Shown here: positions 53,576 to 64,000 of the stretch, piece after piece
Numbering within the stretch: the stretch's first letter is position 1
Layout of the letters: every line of letters starts with the position of its first letter
From: Eledone cirrhosa
Lineage: Eukaryota
Length of the DNA: 64,000 nucleotides
Direction of reading: 5' to 3'
Assembly (NCBI GenBank): GCA_964016885.1
Contig: OZ024750.1
Coordinates: forward strand, 32,550,001-32,614,000
Made by a program: the position numbers and the translations under genes
The notes under the pieces: model-generated
What the model saw: the letters and a program-made list of their open reading frames with translations, nothing else
Database searches by the model: none
Told to the model about the DNA's origin: nothing

Positions 53576-56500
53576 TTAAAGAAGATAATTCAAATGTTGT
53601 GATTAACTTACATAAAATCATTGCAATTATTTCTTTCTTAGACAGTAGGATGTGATTTGAAGGAGGTATGACTATTATTTCAATCAAGTCAAGCTACCGT
53701 ACAGATGATAACTTGTTGACTTAATATGACTTAGTATGACTTAGTTGTCATAACGGTTATAATAATTTTAATTTAGATTGCTGATGCCATGGAGATTGGC
53801 ATAATCATTGAACAATCCAATTTCTTTGCCTTTAAAGCTGTAAGACTTCATGCAAATAATATCTGAAACCATTATATGAAATCCTCGAATTGAGTCACAG
53901 TTGAAGCTGCATGTATAAATGTTGCATTGATTTTACAAATGCACAGTAATGAAACAATATCCCCTGAGGTGAGGGACCTGACATTGAATGTAAAATTATT
54001 TGGCTTCTCAGAGAACATTTATTTATTATAGAAATCTTAGATTTGGCAATATGATATTGATAAATGAGAGAAACAGAGATTTATTTTATTGAAAATTTAC
54101 TTCACATCATTATAATCAAATTTGCCAATGTCCATACTAATCAGGTGAGCATCTTCATCATCATACTTATCATCATCATCCTTATCATCATCATCATCAT
54201 TGTCTTTGTCATCATTATCATCGTCATCATCATCGTCATCATGATCATCCTCCTCATCACCATTTTCATCATCCTTCTCATCATCCTTATCATCATCATC
54301 AGTCATCATTAACATCATTGTCATCATCATCAACATCATCCTCATCATCATCATCGTCATCATCATCATCCTTCTCATCATCATCCTCATCATCATCACC
54401 ACCACCAACAGTGTAGTGAGTAATGTCACCAGCAGTAGTAGCAGGTACATTGCAGCCATCATCATCATCTTAAACATCACAAGAATGTTGTTTTTTTATC
54501 GTGAATCATCATTTTTAGGAACAATGGTTGTATGGCAAAGTTGTTAAAATCAATGATACAAAAACTGAGACTTCAAATTGTCATAGATATTTTGTCATGG
54601 TTGATTAACTTCAGTTAATCAAGCAAGAAAATATTTATCACTCATATTTCATAGTTGATTGGCTAGTCTTAGAAAAGACATCAAGTTGCAACAGTCATGC
54701 TTCAACAAACAAGGATAAAAGCAACAACTCTCTTTTGATGTGTGTAGTTATCACATTAATAAGTTATTAGCAGTGTCTCTGATGAATTTTTTTATATATA
54801 CATTTTTAAATGTTTTAAAAAATATTTTTAGCCATTGCATTTTACGATGGGCTGGAAAAGTAAAACTTGAATTTTGTATTAATTTAATAATCATTATCAA
54901 CCACAAGAACTGCCATGACAACAACAACAAGAATAAACAAGAAAAAAGCTAATTACACAGTTAAAATATACAGTTGATAGCTAGTATTTGTGCCACCTCA
55001 CACTGACCATTAGAGTGACTATCTTGACCACCAGTTTCCTAGCATTTATACCAGCTCACACTGAGCATTAGAGTGACTATCTTGACCAATAGTTTCCTAG
55101 TATTTATACCAACTCAAACCATTAGAGTGACTATTTAGGCCACCAGTTTCCAAATGATGCACAAAGGTACACTGATGTGTTAGAAGATTTAAGTAAATTA
55201 CTGTCAAAATAAGGGTTTCTGTTTTCAACACAAGGCAAACAATTTTGGGGAAGGGGAAAGTTAATTGAATCATCCCCAGTGTGTTACTGGTATGTTATTT
55301 TATCGACCCTGTAGGGATGAAAGTCAAAGCTGACCTCGACAGGATTTGAACTCAGAACTTTTAAAGGGAAACTACTATATGTTGTAAAGCATGTTGCCTG
55401 ATGCTCCACTGATTGTTTCTAATCCACTGCCCTTAGTGCTTCACGAGAAAAGCAACAGCAAAACAGCATCAACAGCAAAATTAGTACTAGTATTAATAAT
55501 AATGTCTGTTTAAACTAAAATAATTAATTAATCATATTTAAAGATAATACTCAAGTTAAGAACTTAATCCTTTCCAATAAAACCCTCTCAGAAATTTAAA
55601 GAAGCTAAGCTTATATAAACTCTATTGACTGACAATTTCATAGAAATATCTTATCAATCTAAAGAAAATGAACATAATCTGTTAAGTAGTTTTATGTGTA
55701 TTTCCAAGCTTAAAGGTGAAGTGCTAAGAATTATCCAAATAAGTATTCATCATAACAAATATTACAGAGTAAAGACAAACTTAGTTGAAAAACAGTTTCG
55801 AAATAGTCTAAACATTATGTAATGCTTTTCTATATTTCCTTCTTTCTATCGCTTCTGTGTGCCAGAACACTTCTTCTTGTCTTCCTCCTCTTTCAGACTT
55901 TTCTATATTTCATCTGCCTGTTGTCCATCCCATGGATTGTCTCTCTGTTGATCACTGGTCCTCTTAGGCATTTTTGCCCATCGCTGTCATTGACAGTATT
56001 TGGCTGTTTTAACAGCTGTTCTAGAAATGAATAGTTTTCTCAGTTTTCTATGAACTCAAGTACAGTCTTGCTTCATCTCAATCAGAGACAACAATGTTTA
56101 TTCATTTAACATTATGAATGTTATTTTAAAGGACAAAAGATAGAGAGAGGAAGTGACAGTAAATCAAAGATCACCACACAAATACTATTGTTTAACACCA
56201 AGTAAATTCCGACTGAAGGTGGTGAATTGGTAGAGAGAGTTATTAAAATGTTGGATAGAATGTTTTGTGGTATTTGTTTTGGCTCTATTCCTTTGAGTTC
56301 AAATCACGTTGAGTTCAAATCACGCCGAGTTCAACTTTGCCTTTCATTCATTCAAGGTCAATAAAAAAAGTACCCTTAATATATTTATATAATTATCAGG
56401 CAGAACCAGCATGATATGATGTCATGTGACAAGGTTGGAACTTTGAATGAAAGGTACAGTTCATTTGAGAATCTTTCCCATAATTTCCATTCCATCTACA

Positions 56501-57694
56501 CAATTTCAATCACAAGGCCCATGTTTCCCAGAGGCTAAAGTAAAAGACACTTGCCCTAGACTTACACAGTGGTAAAGTAAAAGACACTTGCCCTAGACTA
56601 CACAGAGGTAAAGTAAAAGACACTTGTCCTCAAATACACAAAAATGGGATTGAACCCCGAACTTGATAATTGTGAAGAAAGTTAATTATTCTTCCAGACC
56701 TGTCTGCTTCCACAATAATAATAATAACTGACAGTGAGTTATCAGAAAGAGTATAACATGGAAACTAGATACTTTAATATATTTAGAAGAATGACAGCTA
56801 GAAAATATCCAGAGACAATATTTTCTGGGAAAATAATTACTATAGTGGTTGTTAACATTTTTAACGTAGTTAGTCAAGCAATTTTAACTAATTAAGATTT
56901 GCTACTACTGAGAAGAGCACATTTTTATAATGACTAACTCTAAGCAGTGAAAGCAGAGCAAATAAAACAACAAAAATTAATTTAAAACATTTTAACTCTT
57001 AAAATCCTGTACTACATGAAACTACATTAGCAAGACATTCTTAGAAAGTACAAATCTGCACTATGACTACATCACATTAAAAATTGAAGCCTTTACTTTA
57101 GTTTACTGCAAATTTTCACAATAATCTGTCTTCTAGTAAAGATACTATAAACATCTCAATTACCAAACCACATGAAACCACATTAGGAAGACATTCTTGA
57201 AAAGTACAAAGCTGCACTATGACTGCATCGCATTAAGTGATGTCTTTAATTTAGTTTACTGAAAATTTTTCCAACAATTTATCCACTAGAATAGGTACTA
57301 TAAATAGTTGAATTAACAAACATATTTTAGAATATTTTCTACTAGATCATTATAGGATGTTCAACCAATGTTTGAAATCAAATATTTATCCCACAGGTTT
57401 GGGAATTATACTGAGGATTTTCCAATAGACTTCCACCAGCTTATAAGATTTAACATTGTGTCCCATGAAAAAGTATCATCATCATCCTCACAATCAACGC
57501 CACCAGCAACACCACCATCACCACCACCACCAATTGTCAGTTAAACTTTATCAATGAGAAAGGCTCTATATAGTGGTTTTATCTGCTAGAATTAGCAGCT
57601 AAATCTTCCTCAAATTACCATTTTGAAAAAGAAAGTATACATTGGACAATGAGATAGCCATAGCTGTATATATGTATACACACAAACACATATA

Positions 57695-57767
<73 letters not shown>

Positions 57768-57924
57768 CTTTTTGTATTTGTTTTGTAAGATCCATGTGAA
57801 ATTGTGTGTTGAAATACATATAGTTATACTTTTAAAGGGTCTTACTGCCAATAAGTGAATCTTAATTGGTGCATATGTTTTCCTTGACAGCATGACTCTC
57901 CCAAGTATAATAATATATATGTAA

Positions 57925-57964
<40 letters not shown>

Positions 57965-58103
57965 ATATAAATATATATATACATAAAGAGTTCTGTATGA
58001 GCAAGATACAGTCATGTGACCTGACTTGACTCAGAATTGGACAACTTATCTAACCCTAACCCATGCTATCATGGAAAAATGGACATTAAACGATGATGAT
58101 ATG

Positions 58104-58135
<32 letters not shown>

Positions 58136-59649
58136 GAGTCTGGACCCCGATGGATGAGCTCTTGCCGTTTGAAAAGCTAGTTCCAGCCTGAAACTTGCTG
58201 TCTTTCATACAACCATACTCTATTACCCCAAGTGTTGAGTACTCTGGTGAATAATGGTCTAACCAGTTTCTAACAAAATCCATCCTGATATATATCCAGG
58301 GAGTGTACGAGAGGAAGTTGTCATTACTAACACAGAAGTCCAACGAGCTTTTGTTTCCAGAATCGGGCTAGATCGATACAGATCGAACCTTCAGCTGATC
58401 AATAGCGAAATGCACATCACCAATCAATAAACATAACGAAAGCTTAACAAATCGTCCTTGTATTGTTATATTATATATATATATATATGCGTGTGTGTCT
58501 GTGTGTGTATATATAACAGCACTTAACATCATATTACATATTACATTTTTTTGGCATTTATATATTTTCTAGAAAATGTAGCCAGCACTAAAGGACAATT
58601 TGAAAAATGCACTTATTTCATATTGATCATTAATATTGATCATTATTATTGATCTGGGTAAAAGCTAGAAAAGCTAAAAAAAGAAATATCTAGGTTAAAA
58701 ATAAAAAAAAACTATTCCTTCCATACAAGATATCAACACATTTTACATAAACCAATTTTAACAACTTCCTTTAGTGAAGTAATATCAGAAATCTTCCCTG
58801 AGTGGATGGAGTGTGTATCTGCTCTTCCAATTAATCAAGATTAACGTAAATTATCGAGGTCAATTTTACCTTTCACCCATTGAAGGTTGATAAAAAAATT
58901 ACTGGAGTCGATTCTTCTTCTATATCTCTTTCTCACTTCTATTCTCTCACTCTCTAACTCTCTCTATCCCCCCTCTCTCTTTCTCACTGTCTCCAGTCTA
59001 AATCCTGTTGAGGTCAACTTTGTCTTTCATCTATTGAAGGTTGATAAAACGTACCAGTCTAATACTGGAGTCAATTCTTCTTCCTGACTATATCTCTTTC
59101 TCACTTTCATTCTCTCACTTGCTCTCCTTCTCTGGAAGAAGTCTGCTATATTCAGGCCCAAAGAGGAGATGGGCTCTGCCAGGTTTTAAAAGAAGTCCCA
59201 GAAATGTTGTATGTCAATATCATGCACTTACAACTCCTCCAAGAGTTATGAGAAATAGATACATACAATGTAAATTATATACATGAAAGCATGAAATGTG
59301 ATGGACCTAAAACATAAAATAATGTTTTACTCTCATGTAATGTAGGGTATGTGCTCAAAGGCAGATTAACCTCAGTTAGCAATAGAAATATCCACTAACG
59401 AATACTGTAAGTGGCAGATGAAATATTTTGTTTATTGTGAGGTGGAATTTTTTCGGCATATTTACTATTTATTTTTCTCTACCAAGATTTTAAATGTGAT
59501 AAAATTATATTTTTAATAAAATGTATACAAATAAACGCAATTTATATAAAACCTAAATATATAAATATAAATATCGTCAACATCATCATCCTCATTACCG
59601 TTTTACATACATTTTTCCTCGCTAGTATGGGATATATTTATACACACAC

Positions 59650-59960
59650 ATCATCATCATCATCATCATCAACAACGTTTAACGTCCGTGTTCCACGCTT
59701 GCATGGGTTTGGACGGGGGTAGTCCCACTTGAGGCAAGAGTGATTGTCTTGCTCGCATAGGACTGTCTGGCAGGTTTTCTACAGTTGGATGCCCTTCCTA
59801 ACACCAACCACATTTACAGTGTGGGTCTGGGAGGTTTTTACCGTGTTGCCTACACGGCCACATTACAGCGTGGACTGTGTGTTTTTTTGTCGTGACACCT
59901 ACACGATCTCATTTGTTTCGGCCTGGATGGCGCGGCACCAACATAACTTTACATAGAACG
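59650..59960 (-). mobile_element. SINE family C with RTE-type tail
   Basis: Matches 9661-9810. The minus strand ends ccgtccaaacccatgcaagcgtggaacacggacgttaaacg...(GAT)n. Confidence 0.82.
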
Positions 59961-60093
59961 GGGTGGTGTGGATGGGGTGGGGGTGGTGGTGGTGGGACGG
60001 GGTGTATTTTGTTAGAGATGCCTACTGGCTGGAGTAGGTTTTACTATATATTTAGGTAAGGCGGGTCTTCTCACATATATATATATTTTATTG

Positions 60094-60131
<38 letters not shown>

Positions 60132-60298
60132 ATGTTTAACCCTATTGGGGTTTAACATTTTCCTATACCCACTCTACTACCCTAAGTATTGAGTACTCTG
60201 GTGCGTTATGGTCCTTACCACACCTCCTTCGTTATATATATATATATATCAAATAAGTATGTTTTGAAACAGTGAGCAGGTTTGAAATTAGAAAATAG

Positions 60299-60480
60299 AA
60301 TAGCTTTCACCGTATTTTTGACTAAAGGAATTTTAGCCTGATAATGGGGTTTAGAACCCTCAGATAAATGGAAAAAGATGAGTATTGACGTCAATACTCA
60401 TCTTTTTCCATTTATCTGAGAGTTCTAAACCCCATTATCAGGCTAAAATTCCTTTAATCAAAAATACGGTGAAAGCTATT
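60299..60480. repeat. Spacer-less palindrome with 91-bp arms between (TA)n tracts
   Basis: Centre gagtattgac|gtcaatactc. The arms differ at only a few positions. Confidence 0.95.
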
Positions 60481-61195
60481 ATATATATATATATATATAT
60501 AAAGAGGAAAACAGTAGAAGGCACACACATACACACACAATTAATTATCCATTACAAGGAGTGTTTCCCTTTAATAATCTTCGAGGCAAGTCCACACCCT
60601 CACAGCAATGCTGTAAGTGATAGCAAGACTAAGCTACTGAAATAACCAAGTGCCCTCATTGTTAGTAAGATATATATGACCTTCAACAGCTGGTCCATTG
60701 CCGATCAATTCTCTTAAAAGCCTTTGACATTTCAATCATTTAAATGTTCTTTTTTTTCTTCTCATTTCTATTTTTTTACTATTTCTATTTGATTATTTAT
60801 TGAACATGCTTTGTCAGTGAATCCTAAATTCCTGAGGAAATGGGTGAAGTGGGATGTGGGGGCTGGAGTGGAAGTGGTTTCAGATTCGTTCTGCTAGTTA
60901 TGTTTTAGTATATTATATAAATACATGAATGTATTTATGTGTGTATGTGTATGTATATGTATGTATCTACATATACATGAATGTGTTTATGTATGTATGC
61001 ATGTATATATATCATATATATATCCAGATAAGTATGTATATATCATCATCATCGTTTAACGTCCATCTTCCACGCTAGCATATATATGTATATAAACATT
61101 TATATATCCATGTGTGTATGTATATATGTATGCATGTAAGTATGCATATATATGTGTGTGTGCATGTAATGATGTATATGTGTATATATATATAT

Positions 61196-61573
61196 ATATT
61201 GTTATACTTGAGGAGGGTCATATTTGTGTAATATTGCCAGAAAATACAATGCCACGGGAGGAAACAATAGCACCACTGACGATTTTCCAGATGTGCAACG
61301 AAAGAACTTTGATAAACTATATATATGTGTTTGTGTCTATATTGTATCTGTATTTTTGACCGTTGGTCAGTCAATGGCAACATTGAGGACCTAATAAATT
61401 AAATTACCGATATAAAAGACACAGAAGTGAAAAGCGAAAACCAACCAAACAGTGAGTGTGTTCTGTTATTAATTCTGGCAATTTTACACAAATATGACCC
61501 TCCCCAAGTATAACAATATTTGTTTCGACACACGATTTCATATCAAAAACTTTGCAAAACTAATTTATCGCTG

Positions 61574-61575
<2 letters not shown>
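61196..61575. repeat. (TA)n-embedded element with 47-bp inverted repeats and a ~230-bp spacer
   Basis: 61196-61242 pairs with 61473-61519. 61497-61570 is homologous to 14483-14558. Confidence 0.85.
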
Positions 61576-61624
<49 letters not shown>

Positions 61625-62235
61625 CACTTCACCTATCTGGGCAGCATCCTGACAGGCAGCGGCGACGCGGAGCTCGACATCAACTGTCGGATCGGCAAAG
61701 GAGCCGCAGTTTTCCAGCGGCTGTGTCCAGTCTGGTCGTCTGCATGCATTAGCACCAAGACCAAGCTGCACCTGTACAAGAGCATCGTGCTGCCGACAGT
61801 GTTTTATGCGAGCGAGACCTGGAAGAGTATGGCAAAAATAGAGAGACGGCTGAACGGTTTCCACCAGCGGTGCCTGCGAAAGATCCTTCATGTGTCCTGG
61901 CGCGACCGAGTGCGAAACGAGGAGATCCTGGGGAGAGCCGAGTCGTGGACGCTACAGAGAGTGGTCACAGAGCGTCGGTGCCGTCTGGCTGGCCATATTC
62001 TGCATGTGTCAAATGAACAGTATTCGAAAACAGCGATGAACTGGACTCCGCCTGGCGGTAAACGGATGCGGGGTTGCCCAAGTATTACCTGGCGATAAAC
62101 GTTCCGGAAGGACCTGATGGCAGCCAACATCACCTGGCACGGTCTCGAAAAAGTTGCCGCTGATCGCCGCCGTTGGCGAGTATTTACTGCTCGATGCGCC
62201 GAACGGCACGGAAGAATCTAAGACTAAGACTAAGA
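61625..62235 (+). mobile_element. RTE-clade LINE 3' fragment, GC-rich and apparently young
   Basis: HFTYLGS...INCRIGK...YASETW...FHQRCLRKIL...LAGHILH...RGCPSITWR*TFRKDL with one stop, then a (CTAAGA)3 tail. Confidence 0.93.
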
Positions 62236-62419
62236 TATGTATATATATATACGTATGTATCTGTGGGTGTATTTAATGCATTTAATATAAACAATTATAT
62301 AGATCATAACATTTTATATGTTTATATAACTCTGTAATTGATTTCCTGGTGAAACCTTATAAAGATTAAATCAATTTGATCCAGGATACTCTATACATTC
62401 ATTATTATATTACACCGGT

Positions 62420-62927
62420 GTATTGGCAGTATCGGTAGAGGGTCGGACGCCATGCTTTGAAACATAGAGTTACGTCCCTTTACGATCCGAGTTCAAATCC
62501 CGCCAAGGTTGACTTTGCCTTTTATCCTTACAGGGTCGATGAAATAAAGTACCAGTAATGCACTGGGTAATTGCTGGCATTGTGCCTAAAGTAGAAACAA
62601 TTATTATATTACACCGAAAGCACTCTGTAAAATAGTTGGTTCTACATCCTGCCATAGAAACTGTGTCAAAAATGTAGACTATGACCGAGATATTATCTCC
62701 CCTCCCCAGGTTAGGTACATTGGCATTATATTTAGAGCGTCGGACAACATGCTTTGCAGCATAGAATTACGACCCTTTACGTTCTGAGCTCAATTCCTGC
62801 TGAGGTTAGCTTTGCCTTTCATCCTTACGGGGTCGATAAATAAACGACCAGTAATGCATTAGGGTTGATATAATTGATTTTCCCTTCTCCCAAATTGCTT
62901 GCCCTGTGCTTAAAATAGAAACAATTA
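62420..62927 (+). mobile_element. Two SINE family A copies
   Basis: Copies at 62420-62605 (flanked by attattatattacaccg direct repeats) and 62720-62927. Confidence 0.88.
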
Positions 62928-63441
62928 TCTCTCCTCGCCACTTATCTAGAAAGACAATAACTCTGAATAAGAAATGTTTTAAACTACGATATTTCACCTA
63001 AGCAGTGTCCTACTGGGGGAATATTTTAGCAGAAATATATACCACACTCAATTCAATTTACTATAACATTTCCTAGTATATTTCTATCATCCTTTTGTGG
63101 CTGTAAAAATATCATTATTGTTGTTGGGAAAAACCCCTGAATACCCTGGCATAACTAAAAGTGGTCTAGGTGATATCAGTAAGAACTGAAGTGAACGTGT
63201 GTGTACAGAGTCTCGTTGTAGTCTCTTGCTGGTAGTTCATCATCATCAACCTCCTCATCATTTTAGATCCGTTTTTCCATGCTTGCGTGTGTTGAATAGG
63301 TCATTTTCAGCACAGCATCTCTCCACTCACAGTGTATCATTAATATAATTATAATTAACAGTAATTGTAAAACCAGTGGAAATTTGTTCAGTAATTATAT
63401 TATTATAATAAAATTGTTAGTGATAGCATTTTTATAGAGTA

Positions 63442-64000
63442 CTAGCAGTAAAGCCCGGCGTTGCTCGGGGTCGCTCAGTAGCTGTGTTAAAGTTACAATG
63501 TTAAGTTTCTTTTTTGGCTTAAAAACTGTAGTGTCTACTGTGCAGACTTGCATGTGGTGTTTTTGATTAATATTCCCTCAACCAACAATATGCCTTATGA
63601 AGTTAAGAAAACATAACGATAACCCGAATGTTATAACAAAAGAGGATGCTGGGGATAAAAACTGCACTGGTTATTTATTAACAAAGATCGAAAATGTAAA
63701 CACTGCAACGCAGAGAAAAACATTAGCGTAACCAAATTATCAGTTATGTCTGTCTGCACGCCTATATCACCTCTCTGCACGACTATCTGTCTGCACGCGT
63801 ATATCACCTCTCTGCACGACTGTCTGTCTGCACGCCTATATCACCTCTCTGCACGACTATCTGTCTGCACGCGTATATCACCTCTCTGCACGACTATCTG
63901 TCTGCACGCGTATATCACCTCTCTGCACGACTATCTGTCTGCACGCGTATATCACCTCTCTGCACGCCTAACGAAATTTACAGATACATATATTTTAAAT
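63442..64000 (-). mobile_element. Non-autonomous Helitron-like element: 3' end here, 5' end probably beyond the window
   Basis: Minus strand ends CCCGAGCAACGCCGGG (hairpin)-ctttactg-CTAG|T, the canonical Helitron 3' terminus. Its extent toward 64000 is inferred. Confidence 0.65.
63751..63968. repeat. 37-bp tandem repeat, about 6 copies
   Basis: tgtctgcacgcgtatatcacctctctgcacgactatc repeated. Confidence 0.95.

Overview
AT-rich, repeat-saturated eukaryotic DNA with no intact protein-coding gene. The SINE families, the 5S rRNA variant and the microsatellite load suggest an octopus or other cephalopod, probably intergenic or inside a very long intron (inference). The window holds dozens of tRNA-derived SINEs, RTE-clade LINE fragments, a decayed Penelope-like element (PLE) with a GIY-YIG endonuclease, several MITEs, a Helitron end, a 5'-truncated 5S rRNA copy and several long minisatellites that explain the long ORFs. 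The most interesting signal is a set of short inserts lodged in or next to (TA)n tracts. Several fold into complete type I hammerhead ribozyme scaffolds (19479-19529, 11700-11770, 12009-12070, 17121-17251). Others form near-perfect asymmetric fold-back inverted repeats. With the (TA)n-flanked PLE remnant, they point to a diverse microsatellite-targeting PLE/hammerhead system. All alignments and folds were done by eye and repeat boundaries are approximate.
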